Assembly: GCA_040772485.1 (NCBI GenBank)
Contig: JAXGYC010000010.1
Location: 192,001 to 256,000 of the forward strand
Origin: Sedimentisphaerales bacterium
Lineage (GTDB): Bacteria > Planctomycetota > Phycisphaerae > Sedimentisphaerales > Anaerobacaceae
Direction: 5' to 3'
Length of the DNA: 64,000 bases
The notes beneath the pieces are model-generated. The model was given only the letters and a program-made list of their open reading frames with translations, was not told the origin of the DNA and did no database searches. This document shows, piece by piece, positions 1-9,195 of the stretch (positions are counted from its first letter, which is position 1; each line of letters opens with the position of its first letter). Made by a program: the position numbers and the translations under genes.

Positions 1-1209
1 TACGAAGAGGCCGGTCAGCAGTACCGCAGCGGAATGCTCGCGCAGCAGTCGGCGGACACCGAAATGGGAACCGCCGCCGCCGCGATCATCGAGACGATCC
101 ACAAGCTTCAGACCTCTTTGAAGAATCGGATGGAAAGCGCGACCGCCCGAACGAACGTCATCATGATGGTCGTGGCGGTTTCGGGCATCATCGTGGGCAC
201 CGTTCTGGCAGTGGTGATCACAATGAGCATCATCAAGCCGATCAAACGGATCATTGATGCGCTGACGGCCGGGTCCGAGCAGGTGGCGGCCGCTTCCGGC
301 CAGGTTTCTGCCGCCTCGCAGTCGTTGGCCGAAGGCGCCACCGAGCAGGCCGCCGGTCTGGAAGAGACCTCGTCCAGTCTGGAAGAGATGTCCTCGATGA
401 CCAAGCAGAACGCCGACAACGCGCAGCAGGCCAACACGCTGGCGTCCGAGGCCCGCAAGGCCGCAGACACCGGAACCGAGTCGATGGGCCGCATGAACCA
501 GGCCATCCGCGAGATCCAGAAGAGCTCCGATGAGACCAGCAAGATCATCAAGGTCATCGACGAGATCGCGTTCCAGACCAATCTGCTGGCGCTGAATGCC
601 GCGGTCGAAGCGGCTCGCGCCGGCGAAGCGGGCAAGGGCTTCGCCGTGGTGGCCGAAGAGGTGCGCAACCTCGCCATGCGGTCGGCCGAGGCCGCCAAGA
701 ACACCTCCAACATGATCGAGGAGTCCGTCAAGAACGCCAAGAACGGCGTCGACATCGCCACGGAAGTCGGCAAGGTCCTCGAGGAGATCGTTCAGGGAGT
801 CGGCAAGACCACGGATCTGATCAGCGAGATCGCTGCGGCCTCGCAGGAACAGGCCCAGGGCATCGACCAGGTGAACACGGCGGTGGCGCAGATGGACAAG
901 GTCACCCAGCAGAACGCCGCGAATGCCGAGGAATCGGCCAGTGCCTCGGAGGAACTCAGCTCGCAGGCCGAATCGATGAACGACATCGTCGGCGAATTGA
1001 TCGCGCTGGTGGGAGGTGCCGCGAACAAGACCGCCTCGTCGACGACGCGGCAGAGCACCCCAGGCCACAAGCTGTCGCACACCGACCATCTGTACCATAA
1101 GATCGCCGGCGGTAAGCCCAAGAAGGCCCATACCGTATCGACGAAGTCGGCGGCGGAAAGAAGCATCCCGCTCGGCGATGACAGTGAATTGAACGACTTC
1201 AACTCCTGA
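1..1209 (+). CDS. Methyl-accepting chemotaxis protein (5' truncated by window edge)
   Basis: Frame is open from position 1. TM helix ([23 protein letters not shown]) is followed by the MCP signalling hairpin [37 protein letters not shown]. Confidence 0.95.
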   Translation, partial: YEEAGQQYRSGMLAQQSADTEMGTAAAAIIETIHKLQTSLKNRMESATARTNVIMMVVAVSGIIVGTVLAVVITMSIIKPIKRIIDALTAGSEQVAAASGQVSAASQSLAEGATEQAAGLEETSSSLEEMSSMTKQNADNAQQANTLASEARKAADTGTESMGRMNQAIREIQKSSDETSKIIKVIDEIAFQTNLLALNAAVEAARAGEAGKGFAVVAEEVRNLAMRSAEAAKNTSNMIEESVKNAKNGVDIATEVGKVLEEIVQGVGKTTDLISEIAAASQEQAQGIDQVNTAVAQMDKVTQQNAANAEESASASEELSSQAESMNDIVGELIALVGGAANKTASSTTRQSTPGHKLSHTDHLYHKIAGGKPKKAHTVSTKSAAERSIPLGDDSELNDFNS

Positions 1210-1230
1210 TGAGAACACCGTTCCGCAAGG

Positions 1231-1267
1231 CGCTTCCGGATGGGCCAGGCATGCCCATCCGGAAGCG
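1231..1267 (+). terminator. 15-bp perfect hairpin after the MCP (terminator or mRNA-stabilising stem)
   Basis: CGCTTCCGGATGGGC-caggcat-GCCCATCCGGAAGCG; no U-tract follows. Confidence 0.45.
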
Positions 1268-1932
1268 TCGAACGGATTGTCCTTCGCTGATCGTCCTGCA
1301 TGCGTACTGACCCGACCTCAGGCACCGTCGGACGTTGGACAACGCGGATGGGCCCAGTCTATCGGACATCGAACAGAGAATCATCAAGCCGTCCTCTCCA
1401 TCCGGCAGTTCCGGCATCGCACGGAGCCGCCGTCACCCGCTCAGCAGGCTCCGCACCGGCCGAACCCGCCGGCAAACTGGAGTGCTCCTCTTCGTGGACA
1501 TCCGCGCGGATATCGTCTCGAATCCTGCCATCGGGCTCCTGTTCTATCGTCCGGTTTCGCAAGCGCGGGGCGGCTTATCGGACTCGGTCGGGATCCCTGT
1601 TCGAGAAATGTCAATCCCATGTATCGGCGACTCCGCCGACCGCGAATGCTTTCGCGACCGGCCCGACGCTCTGCAAGGCCAAGCCTTATCGGGCCGGCGC
1701 GAGCGGAGGCCATGGCCGCCGTGTCGATCTCCAGCCAAATGCCAAGAATTCGGCTGGAGTTACTGTCGAATACCTCGATTGTCCTGCCAACGTGCTTGGG
1801 GACATGGGACCGTGGGTTGGCTAATAGGCGCCCCCGAATCCACAGTGGCACGTTCGCGTTGAGCTCTGCGGGCAGGGACAGGATTGGATTGGCCTGGGGC
1901 ACGGTCTCACAGGCACGTTAAGGAGCCCTCTT

Positions 1933-2448
1933 ATGGCAGCAACTGCGTCAAAAGCTCAGAGTTCCGGTACCACGGCTCAGCAGAAGGAAGGCAAGTACCT
2001 GACCTTTGCGCTGGCCCACGAAGAGTACGGCCTGGAAATCCTCAAGGTCCGCGAGATCATCGGCTACATCGACGTGACCGCCGTGCCGCAGACGCCCCAC
2101 CATGTCAAGGGCGTCATCAATCTGCGCGGCCAGGTCATTCCCGTCGTCGACCTGCGCGCCAAGTTCGGCATGGAGACCACCGACGTCACGGACGAGACCT
2201 GCATCATCGTTGTCGAGATCGCCCACGCGGATCGCAAGTTCAGTACGGGCATCGTTGTGGACCGCGTGCAGGAAGTGCTCGACATCCCGGGTGACAGCAT
2301 CGAGGAAGCCCCGCAGTTTGACTCGTCGGTCAACACGAGCTTCATCCTCGGGATGGGCAAAGTCGGCGACGCCGTCAAGATCCTCCTGGATATCGATAAG
2401 GTGCTCGGTGGAGAAAGCCTGGACGGCTTTCGATCCGAGGGCCTGTGA
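1933..2448 (+). CDS. cheW: Chemotaxis coupling protein CheW
   Basis: Motifs KYLTFAL..EEYGLEILKVREII, VPQTP..VKGVINLRGQVIPVVDLR and GIVVDRVQEV; AAGGAG RBS upstream. Confidence 0.96.
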   Translation: MAATASKAQSSGTTAQQKEGKYLTFALAHEEYGLEILKVREIIGYIDVTAVPQTPHHVKGVINLRGQVIPVVDLRAKFGMETTDVTDETCIIVVEIAHADRKFSTGIVVDRVQEVLDIPGDSIEEAPQFDSSVNTSFILGMGKVGDAVKILLDIDKVLGGESLDGFRSEGL

Positions 2449-2498
2449 CAACCTCGACGATTGTCTCGAATGTGTGAACAGAAGGAAAGGATGTACCC

Positions 2499-3770
2499 AT
2501 GAGAATCGGAAAATGGACTTGGATTTGTCTGACCGCTCTGATGATGGGCCAGGTCTGCCTCGCGGCCGACGAGAGTTCGTCCCTCGACGACCGCCTCGCT
2601 CAACTGGAGAAGGAGATCGCGGAACTGAAGAAGGCGCCGGCGTCCGCGCCCGCCGCCGCGGCCGACAGCAAGAAGAAAGGGCTCTTCTCGAGCGTGGACG
2701 TCCAATTGTACGGCTTCCTGAAGGCCGACGTGTCGCGCGATTCGTCCCGCGCCACAACGGGGAATTACGTGTTGTACGTGGACTCCGAGGCCACGCGAAG
2801 AAATGATGCGGAATCCAACATGACCGCCAACGAGTCGCGTCTGGGCCTGAATTTCGCGGGCCCGTCCAGTGAGACGCTGAAGACCTCCGGCAAGCTGGAG
2901 TTCGATTTCTTCGGCAGTGCGCCGGAGAACAAGGCGACCCTCCTGATCCGGCACGCCTACATGAATCTCGAATGGCCCGAGGCGCAGCTCAGCCTCTTGG
3001 CCGGCCAGACGTGGGACGTCATCTCCCCGTTGAACCCGAGCACCCTGAACTACAGCGTGCTCTGGGTGGGCGGCAACATCGGTTACCGTCGTCCGCAGGT
3101 CCGCCTGACCAAAGACCTGTCGGTGACAGACAAGGTCAAAGTGAAGCTCGAAGGCGCTCTGAGCCGCACCATCGGCAGGACGACGCCCGCGCCGGTCAGT
3201 TCTGAGACCGGCGAGGACGCGGGTTTCCCCACCCTTCAGGGACGGGTCAGCGCCACCTTCCCGTTCTTCGGCCCCAAGCCGACCACGATCGGCGTCTCGG
3301 GGCACTCCGGCAGGGAGGAATACGATATCGACGCGACCGGAACGAACGAGACCCTCAAGAGCCAGTCCATCAATCTGGACGTGACTCAGCCCATCTGTAA
3401 ATGGATGAGCATCAAAGCAGAGCTGTTCAGCGGCAAGGACCTCGACAGCTATCTCGGCGGCATCAACCAGGGTGTCAACACCACCACGCTCAAGTCGATC
3501 GACAGCGAGGGCGGCTGGGTCGCCGCCAGTCTGGGACCGTGGGGCAAGTGGAGTTCCAGCATCGGGTACGGCGCCGACAACGTGGATCGTGACGACGTCG
3601 CCACCGGCACCGGCCGCACACGCAACTGCTGCCTGTTCGGCAACGTCCGCTACGACGTCAACGCCCACGCCCAGATCGGCCTGGAGCTGTCCCGCTGGGA
3701 AACGGACTATAGAGGCGCCGGCGACGCCAAGGACACACGCGTGCAGGCATCCTTCATCTACAAGTTCTAA
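2499..3770 (+). CDS. Outer-membrane beta-barrel porin, DcaP-like
   Basis: Signal peptide, short coiled coil (LDDRLAQLEKEIAELKK), VQLYGFLKAD, SRLGLNF, GKLEFDF, RHAY, LLAGQTWD, RRPQVR and a C-terminal aromatic strand (ASFIYKF). Confidence 0.8.
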   Translation: MRIGKWTWICLTALMMGQVCLAADESSSLDDRLAQLEKEIAELKKAPASAPAAAADSKKKGLFSSVDVQLYGFLKADVSRDSSRATTGNYVLYVDSEATRRNDAESNMTANESRLGLNFAGPSSETLKTSGKLEFDFFGSAPENKATLLIRHAYMNLEWPEAQLSLLAGQTWDVISPLNPSTLNYSVLWVGGNIGYRRPQVRLTKDLSVTDKVKVKLEGALSRTIGRTTPAPVSSETGEDAGFPTLQGRVSATFPFFGPKPTTIGVSGHSGREEYDIDATGTNETLKSQSINLDVTQPICKWMSIKAELFSGKDLDSYLGGINQGVNTTTLKSIDSEGGWVAASLGPWGKWSSSIGYGADNVDRDDVATGTGRTRNCCLFGNVRYDVNAHAQIGLELSRWETDYRGAGDAKDTRVQASFIYKF

Positions 3771-3843
3771 GAATCTCCGCACCAGGAAACCCGGCGTTGA
3801 AGGAACGCATTTGATTCGTTTTCATCAAGAGAAGGGGTAGATC

Positions 3844-6009
3844 ATGCTGAAGAACGTCAAACTGCAAACGAAACTGCTGACCTTGGGAATCGCCATGACG
3901 GTGATCCCGCTGTTGGTCGTCTCGGCGGTGGTCTTCATCCAGAACAAGCGGATGATCAAGGTCGCCGAGCAGGGCAACACCGATCTGGCGTACGCCGATC
4001 TGGACCACGTCGCCAAGAACATCCATGGGATGTGCAAGGCCCAGCAGGAAATGCTGCAGGCGAACATCGACTCCTCGCTGAACGTCGCGCGCGACGTCAT
4101 GCAGAAGACCGGCGAAGTCCATCTGGCCGAGGAGACCGTCACCTGGGACGCGGTGAATCAGTACACCCAGGCCGGCCAACGAGTGACGCTGCCCAAGATG
4201 ATGGTGGGCGACACCTGGCTGGGCAAGATCAGTGACATGGCCACCACCGCTCCGGTGGTGGACAAGACCCAGAACCTGGTGAACGCCACCTGCACGGTCT
4301 TTCAACGGATGAACGAGGCCGGGGACATGCTGCGCGTCAGCACGAACGTCCAGAAGCTGGACGGCGCCCGTGCCATCGGCACGTACATCCCGAAGACCCG
4401 GCCGGACGGCACGCCCGATCCCGTGGTCAGCAGCGTGCTGCAGGGTCAGACCTACGAAGGCCGCGCATTCGTGGTCAACAAATGGTATATCACGGCGTAT
4501 GAGCCGATTCGCGACGCCACACAGAACGTCGTCGGCATGCTGTACGTCGGTGTGCCGCAGGAGAGCGTCGCCTCCCTGCGTCAATCCATCATGGCGGTCG
4601 AAGTCGGCAAGACGGGCTATGTCTATGTCCTCGACTCCAAGGGAAACTACGTCATCTCCCAGGGCGGCAAGCGCGACGGCGAGAACATCTACGAAGCCAA
4701 AGATGCCAACGGCAACCTCTTCATCCAGGAGATCTGCAAGAAGGCGACCGTCCTGAAGGAAGGCGAGGTCGCCGAGCAGCGGTATCCGTGGAAGAACACC
4801 GGCGATACCGTGGCCCGCGAGAAGATCGCCCGGCTCATGTATTTTGAGCCTTGGGACTGGGTCATCGGTGTGGGCTCCTATACCGACGAGTTCTACGAAG
4901 CCCGTGACCAGGTCACCGCAATCGGCAACACCGGAAACCGTATTCTGGCCTCGGTCCTCGGCGTGGCGTTGCTGGTTACGGCCGTCATCTGGTTCCTGAT
5001 GGCCCGCGGCCTGGCCGGTCGAATCTCCCGCGTAGTTGGGCAGTTGTCGGAGGGCGCCGAGCAGGTGGCCGCCGCCTCCGGGCAGGTCTCTTCGGCCTCG
5101 CAGTCGCTGGCCGAGGGCGCCACCGAGCAGGCGGCCGGGCTCGAGGAGACCTCGTCGAGTCTCGAAGAGATGGCCTCGATGACCAAGCAGAACGCTGCCA
5201 ACGCCCAGCAGGCCAACCTGCTGAGCTCGGAGGCCCGCAAGTCTGCCGACACCGGCGCAGAGTCCATGAGCCGCATGAACAACGCCATCCGCGAGATCCA
5301 GAAGAGTTCTGACGAGACCAGCAAGATCATCAAGGTCATCGATGAGATCGCCTTCCAGACCAACCTGCTGGCGCTCAATGCCGCCGTCGAGGCCGCGCGA
5401 GCCGGCGAGGCGGGCAAGGGCTTTGCCGTCGTGGCCGAAGAGGTGCGTAACCTGGCGATGCGATCGGCCGAAGCCGCCAAGAACACCGCCAACATGATCC
5501 AGGAATCCGTCAAGAACGCCAACAACGGCGTGGACATCGCCACGGAAGTCGGCAAGGTTCTGGACGAAATCGTTCAGGGCATCGGCAAGACCACGGATCT
5601 GGTCAGTGAGATTGCCGCCGCGTCGCAGGAACAGGCCCAGGGCATCGACCAGGTCAACACCGCGATCGCTCAGATGGACAAGGTGACACAACAGAATGCT
5701 GCTAACGCCGAGGAAAGCGCCAGTGCATCTGAGCAGCTCAGCGCCCAGGCCGAAACGATGAATGAAATGGTCAACGAACTGGCCGCGTTGGTTGGGGGTG
5801 CGGCCCGGATCGCGACCAACACGAAGCGTACCGCCAAGTCCGGACGAGACCTTCGTCCTTCGGACCAGGTGTATCACCGTATCGCCGGAAGCGCCAAAGC
5901 GGGAAAGACCCCGGCCAAAGCGCCTAAGGCGGCCAAGACAAGCAGGGTGCGCACGGAGCACAGTATCCCGCTGAACGACGACGAAGACCTCAATCAATTC
6001 AACGCGTGA
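3844..6009 (+). CDS. Methyl-accepting chemotaxis protein with periplasmic Cache (Cache_3-Cache_2 fusion-like) sensor
   Basis: Two TM helices flank [16 protein letters not shown]...RAIGTYIP and [10 protein letters not shown]...[11 protein letters not shown]; the MCP signalling domain is C-terminal. Confidence 0.95.
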   Translation: MLKNVKLQTKLLTLGIAMTVIPLLVVSAVVFIQNKRMIKVAEQGNTDLAYADLDHVAKNIHGMCKAQQEMLQANIDSSLNVARDVMQKTGEVHLAEETVTWDAVNQYTQAGQRVTLPKMMVGDTWLGKISDMATTAPVVDKTQNLVNATCTVFQRMNEAGDMLRVSTNVQKLDGARAIGTYIPKTRPDGTPDPVVSSVLQGQTYEGRAFVVNKWYITAYEPIRDATQNVVGMLYVGVPQESVASLRQSIMAVEVGKTGYVYVLDSKGNYVISQGGKRDGENIYEAKDANGNLFIQEICKKATVLKEGEVAEQRYPWKNTGDTVAREKIARLMYFEPWDWVIGVGSYTDEFYEARDQVTAIGNTGNRILASVLGVALLVTAVIWFLMARGLAGRISRVVGQLSEGAEQVAAASGQVSSASQSLAEGATEQAAGLEETSSSLEEMASMTKQNAANAQQANLLSSEARKSADTGAESMSRMNNAIREIQKSSDETSKIIKVIDEIAFQTNLLALNAAVEAARAGEAGKGFAVVAEEVRNLAMRSAEAAKNTANMIQESVKNANNGVDIATEVGKVLDEIVQGIGKTTDLVSEIAAASQEQAQGIDQVNTAIAQMDKVTQQNAANAEESASASEQLSAQAETMNEMVNELAALVGGAARIATNTKRTAKSGRDLRPSDQVYHRIAGSAKAGKTPAKAPKAAKTSRVRTEHSIPLNDDEDLNQFNA

Positions 6010-6031
6010 CACAACCACGTGCTGAGTGTCT

Positions 6032-6057
6032 CCAGGTGGGCCTTCGGGCCCACCTGG
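6032..6057 (+). terminator. Hairpin with C(UUCG)G tetraloop after the MCP
   Basis: CCAGGTGGGCC-TTCG-GGCCCACCTGG; no U-tract follows. Confidence 0.5.
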
Positions 6058-6140
6058 GGACCGGCGTTTGCAGACTCCCCTCCGTACCGTCCACCTCCCG
6101 GCCCACGTTCCCTCCGCACGAAATCTCTCCCCTTTTTGCC

Positions 6141-6169
6141 TTGACAGACACCGGCCCCTTGGATAGGCT
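6141..6169 (+). promoter_or_regulatory. Sigma70-type promoter of the riboswitch leader
   Basis: TTGACA-17 nt-TAGGCT about 35 nt upstream of the aptamer. Confidence 0.65.
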
Positions 6170-6204
6170 TCGCGCATTCGCTCTCTCAGAAATGCATCGC
6201 TCGG

Positions 6205-6400
6205 CTACAGGTTTCGAAGCATCGGCTTCGAAATACCTTGGAAACGGGAACGCGGTGAGAATCCGCGACGGTCGCGCCGCTGTGAGCGTCTGCTCCGATC
6301 CGCAGATCGGAAATCCGAGAAGGCTGTAATCCACTGTCCTCCTCACGGGGATGGGAAGGAGCCTTCCGGTAAGACGCAAGTCAGAAAACCTGCCTGCAGT
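6205..6400 (+). ncRNA. Cobalamin (B12) riboswitch aptamer
   Basis: Conserved elements appear in order: AGGT, AAACGGGAAcgcGGTGAgAAtCCgcgACGGTCGCGCCGCTGTGA, CCACTG...GGGAAGG, and the B12 box AAGTCAGAAAACCTGCC. Confidence 0.93.
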
Positions 6401-6494
6401 CGATCGCACAGTGTTGGTGTTCTCGCGATATGGAACGCACGTGTGAAGGCGCCGTCCGGGCCTGTAGGTCACCCCGGGATTCTACGCCATCATG

Positions 6495-6533
6495 AACCGC
6501 CGTTCCTGTTCGCAGGAACGGCGGTTTTTTTTT
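6495..6533 (+). terminator. Intrinsic terminator; likely expression platform of the riboswitch
   Basis: AACCGCCGTTCCTG-TTCG-CAGGAACGGCGGTT ending in a 9-T run, located between the aptamer and the first CDS. Confidence 0.88.
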
Positions 6534-6709
6534 GTGCGCCTGCGGGCCGCGCCCTCGCGACAAGGGCCAGCGAATGCGAAAGGAGGTCGGGATGTGCCAC
6601 GTGACTGAAGCGTGTCGGTAGAGTCGGTCGACTCAGGCATCAAGGCGTCGAACAAGACAGCGACACGGCCGAAAGGCCGGAAGAACGAAGCAAGAACGGG
6701 AGGAAACAG

Positions 6710-8269
6710 ATGAGACTGGTGTATTGGCTTGGACTGGGAATGCTGCTGGCAGCCGTCTCGGCCGTAACGGCAGCGCCGGTGGAGGTGGGCAGCGGGGTGA
6801 ACGAGGCGCGCGTCTATATCGAGTGGGCGGATGGTTTCCGCATCGAGTATCTGGTCCGTTTCGGCCTGACCGAGGCCGACACGACCACCGGCCTCGGACT
6901 GCTGGACATCATCGAGGCGGAATCGGAGCTGGCCGTCGCGAGAGTCGATTACGGCTGGGGCATTGCGGTCGACGGCTTGCGGTATCAGGACCACAACGAC
7001 GTCGGCTATGGCGGAGGCGACCTGTGGTGGCATTACTGGACCGACAACGCCGGCAGCCGCGAGAGCTGGGTGTCGCCCTTGACCGGCGCCGCCGACCGGG
7101 TCGTGTGCCACGGCGACGCCGATGGATGGATCTACGGTCACGGCAATGCGCCGAAACCGGCGTGGGAGATCCTTTTCCTGTCCGGATATGGGCAGTACGC
7201 ACACGATGCCAATGACTTCGCCACGGCGTGGGTTGACTACCAGCCCAGCGGCATGATGAACGACTGGCTCAACGGAATTCCGTTCAACGATCCGAACGCG
7301 GCCCTGGGACGGCCCACGGTCGACACCACCGGCGACGACTGGTCGATCCCGCTGAACGCCTCCGCACCGGTGGTGCCGGTCTACCCGGCCTTCCGCCAGT
7401 TTGAAACGGTCTTCCTCGGGGAGGGAGGATCCATCACGCTAGCCTTCAGCCACCCGGTCCGCGATGACGAGCGCAATCCGTACGGCTTCGACTTTCTGGT
7501 GTTCGGCAACGCCCCACAGACACTGGCCGCGGGACAGAACTGGGACAATGGCGATCCTGCCGAGGTGATCGTGGGCGATTCGGGCGGCAGCGAGCCCGGC
7601 ATCGTCTCGGTCAGCCAGGACGGCGCGACATGGTACAGCTTCACCAGCGATCCCAGCTTCATGGCCGACGATCCCAACTTCATCAAGCTGCCGCCTGACG
7701 CCGAGGATGGCCCCTTCTGCGACGGGTTCGCTCCGACGCTGGGCCGCGTGTACGATCCGTGCCATGCCGATGCGTCGATCGGCGAGTGGAACCTGTGGTG
7801 GGCCGAGCCGGCCAATCCCACGCTGCCGGTCGATCCCAACCTGTCTTTCGAGGCGCTGGCCGGCCGCTCCGTGGCCCGCGTCGCGCAGACCTACGGCGAC
7901 TCGGCCGGTGGGACCGGGTATGACATCGCCCGGCTCGATCTGCCCCTCGATCTCCAGACGCAGCGCAAGTGGTTCCGGTACGTTCGCATCGACGACGCGC
8001 CTGGGGGCGGCGCGCCCGAGATCGATGCGGTCGCCGACGTGAGCTGCCCGGGTGACTATAAACATCCCGCGCCTCTCGGCGACGTCAATGGCGACTGGCG
8101 CGTGGACGCGACAGATGAGGCTATCGTGACGGAGCACCTCGGCGTCGAGATCGCGCATGACAACGATCCGACCGCAGTAGCTGACTTCAACGCCGACGGC
8201 CGGGTCGACGAAGCCGACCTCGAGATCGTCCAGGCGAATATCGGAACGATCGCCTGGGGACAGAAATAG
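6710..8269 (+). CDS. Secreted/surface protein: DUF4430/transcobalamin-like domain + BtuH-like domain + dockerin-like C-terminus (putative B12-binding)
   Basis: GGAGG RBS and signal peptide. Motifs GIAVDG...WWHYW...GAADRVVCHGDADGWIYG and VFLGEGGSITLAF...DFLVFGNA...SEPGIVSVSQDG..WY. Two Ca-loop repeats, GDVNGDWRVDATD and ADFNADGRVDEAD. First gene under the B12 riboswitch. Confidence 0.8.
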   Translation: MRLVYWLGLGMLLAAVSAVTAAPVEVGSGVNEARVYIEWADGFRIEYLVRFGLTEADTTTGLGLLDIIEAESELAVARVDYGWGIAVDGLRYQDHNDVGYGGGDLWWHYWTDNAGSRESWVSPLTGAADRVVCHGDADGWIYGHGNAPKPAWEILFLSGYGQYAHDANDFATAWVDYQPSGMMNDWLNGIPFNDPNAALGRPTVDTTGDDWSIPLNASAPVVPVYPAFRQFETVFLGEGGSITLAFSHPVRDDERNPYGFDFLVFGNAPQTLAAGQNWDNGDPAEVIVGDSGGSEPGIVSVSQDGATWYSFTSDPSFMADDPNFIKLPPDAEDGPFCDGFAPTLGRVYDPCHADASIGEWNLWWAEPANPTLPVDPNLSFEALAGRSVARVAQTYGDSAGGTGYDIARLDLPLDLQTQRKWFRYVRIDDAPGGGAPEIDAVADVSCPGDYKHPAPLGDVNGDWRVDATDEAIVTEHLGVEIAHDNDPTAVADFNADGRVDEADLEIVQANIGTIAWGQK

Positions 8270-8294
8270 CACCAACGGAAAAACCGAACGTCTC

Positions 8295-8324
8295 TGCGGG
8301 CCGGCGCCGACGCGCCGGCCCGCA
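8295..8324 (+). other. 13-bp GC-rich intergenic hairpin
   Basis: TGCGGGCCGGCGC-cgac-GCGCCGGCCCGCA between the two riboswitch-linked genes; no U-tract. Confidence 0.5.
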
Positions 8325-8373
8325 TGAGGCGGCAGCATGTTGTAGAGTGGGCCTTCAACCCACGCACCGACTT

Positions 8374-9168
8374 ATGCGAAGAGAACGGCACCATGATGGC
8401 TTCAGTCTCGTCGAGACGCTGGTGGTCGTGTCCACGACGACACTGCTCGTCGGTCTCCTGCTGCCTTCGCTCCAGGCCGTTCGGCAGCAGGCGCAGAGGA
8501 CGCTGTGTCTGAGCAACCTGCGTCAGATGGCGATCGCGGTCCAGAGCTACGCCAGCGTCTACGACGGGCATTATCCACTGGCATACTACAATCGCCGGGA
8601 GGGCTTGGTCCCCTATTTCTATGCGTGGGACTTCACGACCTGGAAGGACTGGTCCGACGCGACGAACCCCAATCGCGTCCAGGCCGGCCTGCTGTGGATG
8701 GGCCGGGTCGTCGAGAAAGTCCATCAGTGTCCGGGTTTCAGCGGCGCCGGCAATTCGCTGGCCGATCCTTATACCGGCTACAATTACAACACCAGTTATA
8801 TCGGACTGAACGACCTCCTGTCGCCGGCCGATTCCTCGCAGGTCGCCGACGTGCGGCGTCCCTCCGAAACCGCCCTGTTCGGCGACGGCCAATGCACCGA
8901 TGGCGGCGCCAACAAGTACATGCGTGCCCCGTTCCCGCACCCTGGTGACACATTGCTCCCCGATTCGGCGCGACACGCCGGCGCGCAGGGCTACCGCCAT
9001 CTGGGCCGGACCAACGTCGCTTTCTGCGATGGCCACGCCCGATCCTGGCAGGAAATCCACACCGAAACCGATCCGGCCGCCAAAGAGGTCCTCGACAGGC
9101 ACAACGCGACAGACGACATCCAGATCGGCTTCCTCTCGGCCGCCAACGACCTCTACGATTTGAAGTGA
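8374..9168 (+). CDS. Prepilin-type N-terminal cleavage/methylation protein, DUF1559 / H-X9-DG family
   Basis: G|FSLVETLVVV prepilin motif, LLLPSLQAVRQQA...CLSNLRQM, and C-terminal H-LGRTNVAFC-DG. Start could be the ATG at 8374 or the GTG at 8347. Confidence 0.9.
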   Translation: MRRERHHDGFSLVETLVVVSTTTLLVGLLLPSLQAVRQQAQRTLCLSNLRQMAIAVQSYASVYDGHYPLAYYNRREGLVPYFYAWDFTTWKDWSDATNPNRVQAGLLWMGRVVEKVHQCPGFSGAGNSLADPYTGYNYNTSYIGLNDLLSPADSSQVADVRRPSETALFGDGQCTDGGANKYMRAPFPHPGDTLLPDSARHAGAQGYRHLGRTNVAFCDGHARSWQEIHTETDPAAKEVLDRHNATDDIQIGFLSAANDLYDLK

Positions 9169-9188
9169 CGGCCCATCCGGCCTATAAT
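9160..9188 (+). promoter_or_regulatory. Sigma70-type promoter for comF (possibly leaderless)
   Basis: TTGAAG-17 nt-TATAAT, with an in-frame ATG at 9196, 7 nt after the -10 box. Confidence 0.55.
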
Positions 9189-9195
9189 GGTCGGC

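Noticed and set aside
1465..1510. Possible c-di-GMP-I riboswitch (GGCAAAC) upstream of cheW
   Set aside because: It lacks the GNRA-capped stem and the following GACGCAAAGC element.
1277..1921. Several overlapping 150-214 aa ORFs between the MCP and cheW
   Set aside because: No RBS, Arg/Pro/Ser-rich composition and no family motifs; treated as non-coding.
2064..6177. Long antisense ORFs (572 aa and 807 aa) and similar ones across the window
   Set aside because: They are shadows of well-supported genes on the opposite strand, expected in high-GC DNA, and have no recognisable motifs.
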